From assembly GCA_002633005.1 (NCBI GenBank), contig NMRA01000623.1, forward strand, positions 1 to 64,000: 64,000 bases of DNA. The letters run 5' to 3'. The notes below the pieces were generated by a model. That model did not search any database. It was not told where the DNA came from and saw only the letters and a program-made list of their open reading frames with translations. How positions within the stretch are numbered: position 1 is the stretch's first letter; each line of letters opens with the position of its first letter. Source of the DNA: Phoronis australis (taxonomy: Eukaryota; Animalia; Phoronida). The position numbers were made by a program, and so were the translations under genes. Of the stretch, positions 1 through 13,500 are shown one piece after another.

Positions 1-1383
1 CTGTCGTCAAAGTTTTCATTGGTTGTTATCTCCAAGTAGGACCACCTGGAAAGCAAAACACAAAACTAATAATTTTAAAAGGAAATGCTAAAGAATATAG
101 CTTTTGATATGATGGTTTATATGCAGATCTGTTTACCAATTGTCTTGAACACAAATTTCAGTGTTTGACGGATTAAAAGCATTTTCCATTCCGAAGAAGC
201 AGGATTTCAAAGCCAAAAAGGCACCAAGAGATGACAGGGCCCCATGGCAGGCAGTGTGAACTGATGAGGCTACCCTCGTTGTAAATATTACATTAATAAT
301 AATTATAATAATAATAAGTAAGGCCAAACTGGCACTGAACATTGGACCTTTATACAAATATTTGACGACTCCAACTGCTGCAATTTAAAAGAATAGAAGC
401 TTGTGCTGTTTTTTTAAACTTGAGAAAGGGAAATTCCATCAAGTTAAGGCAATAAGGTGAAGTTCATCTGAAACGGCAAAATTCTCCCCATTTGATAACC
501 TGCTTCTGCTAGGGCGAGGGTAACTTTGCAACAAAACTGGTGAATTTTGGCAATGCAAAAATCCCAGGTCCCCAAATGAAATCTGAGGTCACCAAAACTG
601 GAAATCCCAGGTCGCCAACATGAAATCTGAGGTTGCCCACATGGTCGCACCATGCCCCATTTTCAGAATCTTAGTCGTACCTCCAATCTACATTCAATGT
701 ACATTCATTTTGTAACTCAGTTCCTCTCACCAGTGAATGAAAACAGAATGCAGACGATCGCATACACTGCCACTGGTGGCGTCTAGCTATTTCACCAATC
801 TTGTCCGATTTTTGCCGAACAATTCCTGACTACGCACGCCAGGGGATATGACGTCGTACCACCTACCGCCCGCTGTGTTAAAAATGGCCAGTTATCGATT
901 TTGAGAACTAAACGAAGGACTGCTCAAAGAAAAAGTTTGAAAACGTGAGTATTTGTTGGAGTTGGAACGAAAAGAATTAAAGATATCTACGGCCTCCTTA
1001 AGGTATTCCTAGTCAAAGAGCAAAAGGTATTTATAACAACGCGACCTTGATTTTTTAGTCGGTGTGAGACATAATTCGCGAAAAAGCATCAGGCGTATGA
1101 GGCGCCTATAGGAGCTACATCGTCTCTATTAAGCTAGCTACTAGTAGAGACGGTGGTCATTCATTGTCAACGACAGTGACCGCCGAGAAACAGAAACATA
1201 CCCTGTTTCATTAGTAGCTTGCGTAAAATTTCCTGTTGCAACTGTCATGTTTGAAACCACTAAATAATCCACGAAAGTATACTGCTTTGAAGCAACATCG
1301 TAAACAATTGACCCCAACTTCTGAGACACGGAAAAATACAAAACGCTAAGAAAAACACCGAGCCCGTATAGCACGGTAGCCAT
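1..1383 (-). CDS. PLBD2: Phospholipase B-like 2 (lysosomal PLBD2 family), 5' part only: exon 1 1383-1202, exon 2 45-<1; gene runs off the left edge
   Basis: Exon 1 encodes a signal peptide-like MATVLYGLGVFLSVLYFSVSQ... ending NETG at donor GG|gtatgt. Acceptor tttccag at 46-52 restores the frame to ...NETGWSYLEITTNENFDD, matching the PLBD2 N-terminal TGW(A/S)xLEx-T motif recalled from homologues. Confidence 0.8.
559..640. repeat. Short direct repeat (~43 bp period, 2 copies) in PLBD2 intron 1
   Basis: aaatcccaggtc(c/g)ccaa..tgaaatctgaggt occurs twice in tandem. Confidence 0.55.
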
Positions 1384-1579
1384 TTTTAAAATCACATGAC
1401 CAGCCACATGATTAGAAGTATTGTATTGATTTTGAACATGAAAATACTTTATAGTTTTAATAGCAATATACATTAAGAATGAAAATTCTAGATGGATATG
1501 GCTGAAAAACTCAAGTTAAGAAAAATAAAATTAATGTAAAAACAATTAGAAGTCAGAAAACGATCAGAGATTATTCAAG
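1384..1579. promoter_or_regulatory. Putative compact bidirectional promoter between PLBD2 and ALG9 start codons, with M-box/CLEAR-like TCACATGAC at 1392-1400
   Basis: Divergent ATGs at 1383 (minus) and 1580 (plus), 196 nt between them. The reverse complement GTCATGTGA is an MiT/TFE-type E-box; a second CACATG lies at 1405-1410. Confidence 0.5.
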
Positions 1580-4500
1580 ATGTCTGCCTCCATAAGGAGC
1601 AGAAACAGAAATGTAAAAATTTCAAATGAAAATGTTGACCTTCAGAACAGGTTCGTTATACTGATCACCGTTTCTGAATTGAAATTTTTAATTGAATTGG
1701 ACACTGACTGGATATATCGGTCCCTGATTTAGAGAACCAGTTCGAATATCGGACCAGTTACTTATTCACTTGACTCAAGTGACTTGAGTCTTCAGAGTTC
1801 AGACTTCACCGCTCAGTGACAGTGATTGCCTTGTTGCAAGCCAGCCAGCTAGCTGTATGAAGACTGTCGTCAAAATACATCTAGGTACCACTCTGTGTAT
1901 TTCTTCCGTAGACCCCAAAATTGCACACAGCCAGGGTAGTTCTGCTCGTCACCTTGCCGTGAAACTTGTATCAACATGTAAAGCTAAAGACCGGGGGTGC
2001 ATGCAAAATCTGGGAGTCAACCAATACTCACCTTGCCCGTTACATCCGTTTAAGTGAAAAACAATGCGATAAACGTCATTTTCTTGCAGAACTCTCCACT
2101 TTTTCTAACAATGAAAAGTATGTCGTCGTTTTGAAAACGGTACGCTCGTGTCGTGTCACACGCAAGCACCATTTCCTAAATTTTTGCGATATTTCTTGGG
2201 AGATGGTGATAGCTTTAATTGGCAGCAGCAAAATTTCTTCTGAAATTGTTTTTTTCAGTATCAAAATTCTAAAAACTTATAATGAAATGAAACCAGTTCC
2301 GATAATTTGTTGTGACGTGTACGCAACCTGACAACCTGGTGAAAGAACAACAGTTGATTGAAGAATCGGCGAAAAAAGAAACTAGCTAATAGGTGACATA
2401 ATATTTCATGGCGCCGAAAGCTGTTGCTAAAGATCGCTCCACAACTTTAGCAGCAGAATAAGGGTAGAACGCCATTTTTTCCTACACCATTAAATAATTT
2501 AGTTTACTCAAGGAAGACTGTAGTTTTAATGTCACTAATTTTGTGTCAGATTTTATCTTACCACTTTTTTACCCACATCGGTGCAAAGCTGTATATTTAG
2601 TATACAGCTTTAAACCAAGGCTACCTTGTTGCCAATGCTAGCTACTCTCGAGGTCCGAATAGTTGTAGAGATAGCAATTACAGTGTAGCCCAGAAATTTT
2701 CACAATTTCTAATCATAGTAAAGACGGTATAATTGTGCTAATCAGCTACTTCAGGGGAATAATGGTATAGACGGCAAATTTGTAGAAATTTAAAACTATT
2801 ATAAACTGAAATTTATAATAATATTGATTACAAATTTGTGTAAAATCTAACAATGGTAGAAATGGGAATAACAGTACAGAGCATCAAATTCTGTCTTACT
2901 TAGCACCGTTATAAGTAATTGTTTCAAAAAAAACTTTAAAATGAACATTGGCATAGTTTAATTATTGATTCGTTGTTCAGTTATTGTAATAGTCATAAGT
3001 ATTCCCACTCGACTTATTTACAATGATACATCTAGAAACATTGTTTCTTAAAATAATTTTGTCAACAGATTTTATAACTTCTTAAAATATGTGTACATCA
3101 TATAGCATTTTTCATGAATATTGTTCATGTTTGGGTTTGAGAATCAGCTTGTTTTTATTTTTTCTCCAAGTTCACACTTAAGAGTTTGATAAAAAATAAT
3201 GAATATTCATTTATATGTTTTACTTTTGTAATTCGAGTATTAGTATTAAAAATAAGTGACTAGTTCTTAGTGGAAATACATTTAAGGCCCTTAAAGTGCC
3301 ATTTTGGCCACAGTAAGATTAAAAACCAGACGATCGCAGCACAAATGAAGAAGTTCATGACCATTCAGAACCAGCATGCTACTGATTCTCTGAACAACAT
3401 GCAGAGCTCAGTGACCCTGCAACTATGGTGATGACCAGCTATTGACTACTCTGTATCTCTCACTTCACTTCATGGATGTCACCTGAGATGTATGTTGGCA
3501 CTTGGTTGTCCTATGTAAATATCCCGATGATGTATAAAGAATAGACGAAACATTGCTTAATCATGAACTTCTTCATTTGTGCGGCGATCGTCCGGTTTTT
3601 AACATTTTGGAGGTCAAATTCAAATGGAAATGTAAATCAAGTTGAAAATCTACTCAACAACAACTCCTCAACTCCATTTGGTTCCCAGAACAATGAGTTG
3701 TATAAGGTTTCGAATGTTAGCTTGCTTTATTAAAAAAACTTAAAAGATCCCACCTAGTTAAGCCAAATATAACAATTTTCAATCATGCTATCCCAAATAT
3801 TTATTAGTTCAACAGGAAATTGAGTGAGACTATTTTATGCTTACATACTGCTGGTGCCGTTAGTGACGGAGACATACAACTTACATGGCTTATGCCTGAC
3901 TCAATTGACAAGCCTTACAACACCAGTCTGACTTAAACTTTTCATTGTGCAACAAGGTTTACATACAGTACGTTTGTTGGTATTATTGGAAGTCCGATTA
4001 TTTAAGCTTTGAAATGTACATTTGTATAACTTGGCGAATAAAATCTTTTTAATGTGTATGTTATGACACGTGATTTCTGTGTGTAAAGTGGAATCGTATG
4101 TAGCCTTACTAAATTGCCGTTCTGAAGCGAGTCTCACCTGGTTTAGAGTTATGGACTGAGTACTCTTAATCTTGCAACCAGGGTTCGATCCTTGGTGTCA
4201 CCATCAAAGTTATTGTGTTAATGAAACAAAATTATGAAATAGCCTACTCTTAATTTCAGCTGTCTCAGTGAGTAAATGTTTTAAAGAAAATACTTCTTTG
4301 CGCATTATTGATTGGCCTTCTGTCTGTTTGACATTCTATTGTGTCTCTCTGTCTCTTTCCTGGTTCTGTTGACGGTATGATATGACCCCAGCTTCAGCCG
4401 ATGTTCATTTTCTCCCAACATTGGTAGAGATCCCTGTGTGTTGAGTGTTCTGAGTCATGTTGTTCACCAAGCAATGCTCAAAAAGGCCCCTGGCTACTTC

Positions 4501-7500
4501 TACAAGCTAATTAATTTCATACTTGTTAATCTTTAAACTAAAAAGAGAGGATACGGTAAACTCAATGGAGCGCAGATGTACAAACACATCCCAATTGAGA
4601 ACGAGGCTTGGGAGGAATGTGTTTCTACCTGTAAACATTACAATTACATTTAAAGCGTGTGAGTAAGTAACAAAGTCCACTTTGTCATTCAGGTCCAAAG
4701 ACAACTCAGACTTCTTACAGTCATGGACGCCTTCCGCCTACACAGCTTTCAAGGCCCTGATGTCTGCCAGACTGTGCTCAGCAATATGGATGCACATTAG
4801 TGACTGTGATGAAACCTTTAATTACTGGGAGCCGGTATGTTGTTTAGGTTAACCTTGGCTGGTAGTGAGTATGATGTTTGTTTAGGTTAACCTGGATTGT
4901 AGTGAGTATGTTGTGTGTTTAGGTTAAACTGGATGGTAATGGGTATGATATGTGTTTAGGTTAACCTGACTGGAAGTGGATATGCTGTGTGTTTAGATTA
5001 CCGTGGCTGATAGTGTGTATACGTTCAGGTTAACGTGCATTTCATGCATGCTTCCTTCTTCATTCTAATGTTGTTATAGTCTGGTACAAACTCTGGTAAT
5101 GCACATGTCAGTACATGAAATATTCTTCATTCTAATATTGTTATAGTCTGGTACAAACTCTGGTAATGCACATGTCAGTACATGAAATTTTCTTCATTCT
5201 AATATTGTTATAGTCTGGTACAAACTCTGGTAATGCACATGTCAGTACATGAAACATTAATGTCAAATGTCGTACTCTGTGTTTTTTCTTCTGCCACAGG
5301 GTTTTACCGGTTTCAGCCTGAATGGATTTTATAATTTTGGCAAAGTTTTTTTAGAAACCATCATTTCTTGTATAATTTTGCCATTTATACTGTGTATCCA
5401 TTTCAGGCGCATTTTCTGATGTACGGTAAAGGGTTCCAGACATGGGAATACTCGCCTGTGTATGCTATCCGTTCCTATGCATATCTCTGGCTACATGTCC
5501 TACCCATGACTGCCTATCAGAAACTGTTCCAATCCAACAAGGTAACTATGTCCTGCTATCAAACTCTGCAAACTATATCCTAGTGTTTGTGTTCTCACTT
5601 TGAATAGTTTATTAAAACTTAAAAATCTGTGGCTTATTTCTTGAATTAAGGAAAATTCAACAAGCAAATAAAACAATTATCTGTTAGTTTTTATCATATT
5701 CATTTCCTTATAGTTAAAATGACTGAATCCTTATTTCATCGGAGTTGTTATTTCATCAGTGATAACGGGAGGCTTACAATATTTATTAATCAGGCAAGGG
5801 GTATATTCGAGACATTTTTGATATAACTTGTTAATATGTGTTTCTTGTTTCATGAATAAAGAGTGCTAGCTATGACTGCTGGTTTTTGACTTGTCTAATG
5901 AAAGTACTTACTGTTTTCTTGTAGGTTTTAACATTTTATTTCTTGAGGTGCTTCCTCGGATTCTGTTGTGCATCATGCGAGGTCTATTTTTACAGGTGGG
6001 TATATCAGAAGAATTTATTTAATTATTTGAATTCTGTAAGAGGAAGCGTGTTAGTTGAAAACAAAGTCAACTAATTATAAATCAGCAAGATACATTTTCT
6101 GAGAAAAAAAACCTGGTGCAATAACAATATCAGGAATTACATTATCTTCACTTGAACCTGTGTTTATATTTAAGTAAAACTTGTTCCAAGGATACCAAAC
6201 AAAGGAATTTTTTGTTAAATTTGTTACTTTTATTGTAATTTACCAGCTGCATTGATTTCAACAATTCTGGTAGATAGCGCAAACATTGCGTAAAATTCAA
6301 CAAACATACTAGTATTGAATATGCCATGCTGTTGGTATTGGTAGACTCGAGCTCTGTTTAAGTCACCGTAAGATCTGCCAGTTGTATAAACATTAACCCG
6401 TAGACACCACCGCTGCTGTCACCAGCATCAATATTACTTCTTGTCTTCAGTGATACGTATCCCTTACCTTTAAATTTTGACTGTCTATTACAGAGGTGTG
6501 TGTAAACACTTTGGGGCTAACATTGGTCGACTGGTCCTCAGCTTCCTCATCTTCAGTACTGGTCTATACATCTCAAGTACTGCCTTTCTGCCAAGCAGTT
6601 TTACTATGTACATGACTATGACAGCATTTGGAGGCTGGTTCTTGGGGCATTATCAAGTAATATCTCAATTTTGTTTTAGTCAACTTCACTGTATGTATAT
6701 GTATATTCTATATCAATTCTATTCCCACAGTCTTTAGTGCCCCTTCAAAAGGATGCTTCCTGCTGCGACAATTTCAAAACCGTTGCAAAATCTTTCTTAA
6801 CGCGGTCACCTTTTCTGAGTATGAACTTAAGCTGTTCTACAAATTCTTTACATAATATCTCTGGCTGATGGGTGGATAAATAGTTCTGTTCTTATTTAGG
6901 ATTACTTGCGCCATCTGGAGGAGAGATTCACTGGGATAGTCCCATTACTGTTTTGGTTTGATCCAGTATTGATCTCTTGAAACTGTAGGGCTGTGCCAGT
7001 GTAATGTCCTAGCTAGATTAGACCCTCACGCTGATAATTAGTTTTAAAGCTGCAATTCCATGCTTAATCAGTGCAAACATACTATGTTATTAGTACAGTG
7101 AGACTCACTGTGCTATTCAGTGCAGACATTCTTTGTTATTTAGTACTGACATACTGTGTTAGTTGTTGTAGACATACAATGTTATTAAGTGCAGACATTC
7201 TGTGTTACTTTGTGCAGACGTACTTTGTTATTTAGTGCAGGCATACTTTGTTATGTTAATGAGATGTCCTTCTCCCTTCAGGTGGCCATATTCTCCATTG
7301 CTGTCAGTGCCCTGCTTGGCTGGCCATTTGCTGGTGCACTAGGGTACGTCATCACATCTAATGCTGCTTAAACAGTTGGTGTACTGATCTCAGTGGTTGT
7401 AATATTGTGTTCTGGTTCAGTGTCATGCCCTACTGGTCCTTTCTATGGCAGTAGATCTAGTCTGCTACACACATTTGATGAACAATCATGTTGTCGTTGT

Positions 7501-10500
7501 AAAATGTTCCCACTTGTTGTTGACCTCAAGATGAACTGTTGTGTAGTCATGTTTTGAACAAAAGATGAGTATAAGTTAGTGAAAGTAACATTTCATGTTG
7601 TGTAAGAAGATGGACACGTGTAATGTCCTGTTGGTTGAACGCTCCATGCTGCACCATCTTAAAAAACATTGTTTTGATACATGTTTTTGGGAGGAACACT
7701 GTTTTTTTTTGTTAATGTAGCCAGTTAATGTTTGTACAATCAAACCTTGTTCACTTGTTCCAACGAAGATCTCAGGACCTATTGCATAAGTTTAACCGAG
7801 GTTTGCTGTTAGCAAAGTTTTTAGAGAAAATAAATAACCATTCACTATAAATAAACTGATCTGCTTTCATGGTCTCGCGACATATGTAAATCTGTCCAAC
7901 TGAGTGTCTAGTCGCATGCAGCAAGTCATGTGCCTGTGAGTGACGCACTGTGTGCAAATATGGAATTGTGCTGTCTGTGCATGCTCTGGTTTGATATTAA
8001 GTTGGTGAAGTTACCCACCATGACATCGAAGTTGGTACATTATAACCATGTGAACATTGTATCAATGTTCGTTAAAAACTGTAGAAAGGGTATTTTGGTT
8101 TGGAGAAAAGGGGAACTTGCAGAATGGAATGCGTTCCGTGAGCGAAAATTAAAGACAAGGTTCTTTTTATCGCAATATGACCGTGGACCAACTAGAGTTC
8201 ATTAATTGCTAGAAGATTCATGTCTGCTGAGCTCATTTACGTTAATTTGATGTTTACAATTTGGGCTGGACCAATTTACGTAGCACAGTGCTGTGTGGAA
8301 CTTAAACTCACTGTGACTGGAGACACAAACTTAAGATTCTACTTTGTTGAGGCATTGGTAAAAGTGTTTCACGCTCAACTCTAAGGCAAAATAGTGTAAC
8401 TCGTTCTTTGTGAAAACATTGAATGCAGAGTCTGGTCACCACAGCTTATAGAATACAAGTTTGTTTTCCCTGAAATGACCAACATATCAACCTTTATGTC
8501 TGACTCTTTTCCTTGTTCAGGATTCCAATAGCTCTAGACCTACTGGTGAGGAAGACCATGTTCAAGTACTTCACTCTCTGGTCATTCATCTCATTATTGG
8601 CCTGCCTCATCCCCATTGTTCAGGTCGACTCGTACTTCTACGGCAAGCTAGTCATCACACCGCTCAATATTGTCATCTATAATGTGTTTAGTCAGCATGG
8701 ACCTGACCTCTATGGTGAGACTGTTGTATTAGCACTGGTTAATGTTATTACTCAAGTTTGATAACTTAAGTACGATTTTGACATGGCTTGGCCACAGCAT
8801 TTTTGTGCTGTGTAACTCTAGTCGTCTGTAGTCATGTCAGTATTGAGTGCTCTGCTTTGTGTAAGGAAGGTATTGCAGAAACAATTACAAAGCACAAGAA
8901 GTATTCACGGTTATAACAGCACTGGCACAGTTATGTGCTTATTATATTGTAACAATACTGGCACAGTTACGCGGTTATTACATTATAATAAGGCTGGCGC
9001 AGTTACATGGTTATTATATTATAATAAGACTGGCACAGTTATGTGCTTATTATTTTATAATAAGACTGGCACAGTTGTGTGCTTATGTACTGTGGTTAAG
9101 AAACTTTGAATTTTAAAATTTGACATTAAGTTCTGTTTGTTAACGCCCAAAAAGTTGTCTATTATTCATGTTCATATTTTTACTGCCTGAAAGTTTTTGT
9201 GATTCACTTAGTAGATTGTAAGGTCAACGAAGGTCATAAAGGAAGTGATTGTCACACAATTGGTATAAAGCCAGTTTGTTTGAAAACTAGCTTAAATAGA
9301 TACTTTTGTATAGAATTTGGGAAAAAAACTAAAATGATGTGGCAGGTGCTTTTTTTTCTTTGAGCAGTGAGGCACAGGTTTCATAATATAAAATTTTGCT
9401 ATCTTTATTTCGGTTTTTTGTTAATGTTTGAGGTATCTTACCAAAAATCATTTAATTATGTACTTGCCATATTTTCTAAACATTGATTGCAGTCACAATT
9501 GTGTACATTTGTAATATTCGCTTACTTTCAGGTGTTGAACCATGGACATTTTACTTCAAGAACGGTTTTTTAAACTTCAACGTTGTCTTCATTCTGGCTC
9601 TTCCATGTTTGTTACTTGTGGTAAGCAAACCCTAGTGGACAAGTTTGTAGTTATTTGTCAAACTAGATAAACTTATTGTTTTCAATTTACTGTATCCGNC
9701 ACTGTGTGCAAATATGGAATTGTGCTGTCTGTGCATGCTCTGGTTTGCTATAAAGTTGGTGAAGTTACCCACCGTGACATCGAAGTTGGTACATTATAAC
9801 CATGTGAACATTGTATCAGTGTTCGTTAAAAACTGTAGAAAGGGTATTTTGGTTTGGAGAAAAGGGGAACTTGCACAATGGAATACGTTCCGTGAGCGAA
9901 AATTAAAAACAAGGTTCTTTTTATCGCAATATGACCGTGGACCAACCCGAGTTCATTAATTGCTAGAAGATTCATCTCTGCTAAGTTCATTTATGTTAAT
10001 TTGATGTTTACAATTTTGGCTGGTCCAATTTACGTAGCACAATGCTGTGTGGAACTTAAACTATGACTGGAGACACAAACTTAAGATTCTACTTTGTTGA
10101 GGCATTGGTAAAAGTGTTTCACGCTCAGCTCTAAGGCAAAATAGTGTAACTTGTTCTTTGTGAAAACATTGAGCGCAGAGTCTGGTCACCACAGCTTATA
10201 GAATACAAGTTTGTTTTCCCTGAAATGACCAACATATCAACCTTTATGTCTGACTCTTTTCCTTGTCCAGGATTCCAATAGCTCTAGACCTACTGGTGAG
10301 GAAGACCATGTTCAAGTACTTCACTCTCTGGTCATTCATCTCATTATTGGCCTGCCTCATCCCCATCGTTCAGGTCGACTCGTACTTCTACGGCAAGCTA
10401 GTCATCACGCCGCTCAATATTGTCATCTATAATGTGTTTAGTCAGCATGGACCTGACCTCTATGGTGAGACTGTTGTATTAGCACTGGTTAATGTTATTA

Positions 10501-13500
10501 TGCAAGTAACTTATTTATTTGACATGGCTTGGCCACAGCATTTTTGTGCTATGTGACTCTAGTCGTCTGTAGTTATGTCAGTATTGAGTGCTCTGCTTTG
10601 TGTAAGGAAGGTATTGTAGAAACAATTACAAAGCACAAGAAGTATTCACGGTTATAACAACACTGGCACAGTTATGTGCTTATTATATTATAACAATACT
10701 GGCACAGTTACGTGGTTATTATATTATAATAAGACTGGCACAGTTATGTGCTTATTATTTTATAATAAGACTGGCACAGTTATGTGCTTATGTACTGACA
10801 GTGGTTAAGAAACTTCGAATTTAAAAATTTGACATTTAAGTTCTGTTTGTTAATGCCCAAGAAGTTGTTTATAGTTCATGTTCATATTTTTACTGCCTGA
10901 AAGTTTTTATAATTCTCTTAGTAGATTGTAAGGTCAACAAAGGCCATAAAGGAAGTGATTGTCGCACAATTGGTATAAAGCCAGTTTGTTTGAAAACTAG
11001 CTTAGATACTTTTGTATAGCATTTGCGAAAAAAACAAGTGATGTGGCAGATGCTTTTTTCTTTGAGCAGTGAGGCGCAGGTTTCGTAATATAAAATTTTG
11101 CTATCTTTATTTCGGTCTTTTGGTAATGTTTGAGGTATCTTACCAAAAATCATTTAATTACGTACTTGCCATATTTTCTAAACATTGATTGCAGTCACAA
11201 TTATGTACATTTGTGATATTTGCTTTCTTTCAGGTGTTGAACCATGGACATTTTACTTCAAGAACGGTTTTTTAAACTTCAACGTTGTCTTCATTCTGGC
11301 TCTTCCATGTTTGTTACTTGTGGTAAGCAAACCCTAGTGGACAAGTTTGTAGTAATGTGTCAAACTAGATAAACTTATCGTTTTTAATTTACTGTGTGCG
11401 CATACGTTTAGGCCCACGTACCTATTTCCAAAATGCCTTTCTATAAAGAAGTATTTTTGCTCACGTGTTTTGTTCACGTGCATCTAAGCTTCATTTACAG
11501 ATGAAAGTATGGTAAAAGTTGGCAATGTAGGATGCAGTATGGTGGAAAAGTGATGACAATAATTTTCTTTCGTTGTTTTGTCTAAATGTTTTTCCATGCT
11601 CAGAGTCTACCATAGCTACAACCAAACAATATGTAGATAAACTGTGGGCATTCACAACCATGTTAGAAGCACTAGAAAAGTAAAAGGGGAAAAATTTGAC
11701 AAATGAATCATTTTTGTCGGAAATTGGTGAGATTTTACTGTAGCTATCCCTTGTACATGTGCAGGCAGTGATAAAGTGAATGTTCTTGGTCGTTATCCAC
11801 CGTTTGTGTTTTTCAATTAATCTCTTGATCTCAGTTATTGAAAACATGTCAACATCTAACTGTATGTCAACCTTTAATCACAAAAAATTTATCATATAAT
11901 ATAGCATGACTAAGAAAACTGTAACAAATGGGGACATTTTCATGCACAACATATACTAAAGTTAGCTGCCATGGCAATTCTAGTTAGCCTTGCTAATAAC
12001 ATGTCACATTTATTGTCAATAAAAGAATACTTGAATTCGTCTTACTACATTGTGTTTTAGGGTTTAGCTCAGAAGATAACTGGTCATTCTCCATCTTGTG
12101 AAAAAAGTAAGTAAATTTTTCAACTTTAGAACTGTTACAAGTATGTACTATGACAAAAAGAGCTTTTGATTTAAATCGGGTAACGTTATGAAACTGGAAA
12201 CTTGTTCCTTGCCCGGGTTAGGAGTTATTTGTGAACGTCCGAAGAACTGACTCGGAGGTTTTTGTTATTGCTTGAGGCCAGGCTTTGTTAGCTGTCGGGA
12301 CATGATGGGTCATTTATCATTATGTGCTGAGCAGGGTCTCAACCAATAACAAATGCTCTGTTCTTTCCAACCGTATCAATCACTTCTTATCTGAATAAAT
12401 TACAATTTGACACCAATTTCATATTAATGCTAGGTGGAATAAATCGAAGGTTTTTTATGGATAGCACATTTATTGCAGCATGCAGTGATTCTGTTTCTGT
12501 AAATTACTGAGTTTCATGTGCTGTTCTTGTGTCCTGAATCGCTATGTAATGAGTTATTTCTGAATGTTGTTTCACACACTGACTCGGGGCGAGTCAATTC
12601 ATAACACAGCTTGAGAAAGGTGGAAGCACCTGTCATACTCTGTTCTTCATCAAGTTAGGTCTACCTCTTGTTGACTCCACAATGGTGCCGTGTCATTTGG
12701 TTTGATGGCAGCACTAAATGTTCTTAAGATTAATTAAAGTAACTAGTGAATTATGTTTATTCGTTTCCTGGTATGCTTGTTAAGGGACGTTAGACACTGT
12801 TGACAATATGTAATACTATTACAAGGTAGGCATCAAGTTTTCAGTAGAACAGGCAATGACCACCCCTGCTGTAGTAATAAAGTGGCTCCCCCTGTTGCCA
12901 GGTATATCCACGTGGCTGTCCACCAGTGCCATGTATATCTGGATGGCCATCTTCTTCACACGACCTCACAAGGAGGAGAGGTTCCTCTTCCCTATCTATC
13001 CTCTCATCTGCATGTCAGCTGCTATCTCCTTGGACTGTTGCCAGGTAAGTCAAAGCTCATGACTTCATACTACAGCCATCATGAACTCTCAGTGCCAATG
13101 TGTTTTATGAGAAACAACAAATGCATAGTTTATTTTTCAAGTCACTTAAAAATGGTCTCTGTCGCACTTTTGTGTAGCCACTAAATGCACAGCTCGGTAA
13201 AACCTGGTAGCACAAGTGCTGCCCTCTATTGGGGATTGCAGCAGTGTGAATAGCAATCTCAGTTTTTGCTCCCAAGTGGATGTAACTTCCTCTTTAACTT
13301 ACATATCAGAGATTGGCACTAGTGTACTGTAAGTCTGTTCTTTACAGAAACTCTACTGTTACCTATTTAGCAAGAGACAGAGACACTATACAGAGACGTC
13401 TGGCTGGCTGGCGGGGGCAGTGCTCACTGCATTTGCATTCATTTCCATCTCCAGAACTGTGGCTCTTTATCAGGGTCAGTGGCCATCCTTGTATTACACG

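Noticed and set aside
1857-2331. ORFs of 66-121 aa that recur at 24189-24392 and 25400-25809
   Set aside because: They lie in repeat family A, their frames break differently in each copy, and they show no transposase or other recognisable motif.
4125-4203. tRNA-like stretch ending ggttcgatccttggtgtcacca; a similar B-box relic lies at ~41150-41230
   Set aside because: The stems do not close into a cloverleaf; at most decayed tRNA-derived repeats, so not called as tRNA genes.
7930-9959. Duplicated ORF MELCCLCMLWF...
   Set aside because: Intronic; appears twice only because of the N-flanked duplicate segment; no recognisable domain.
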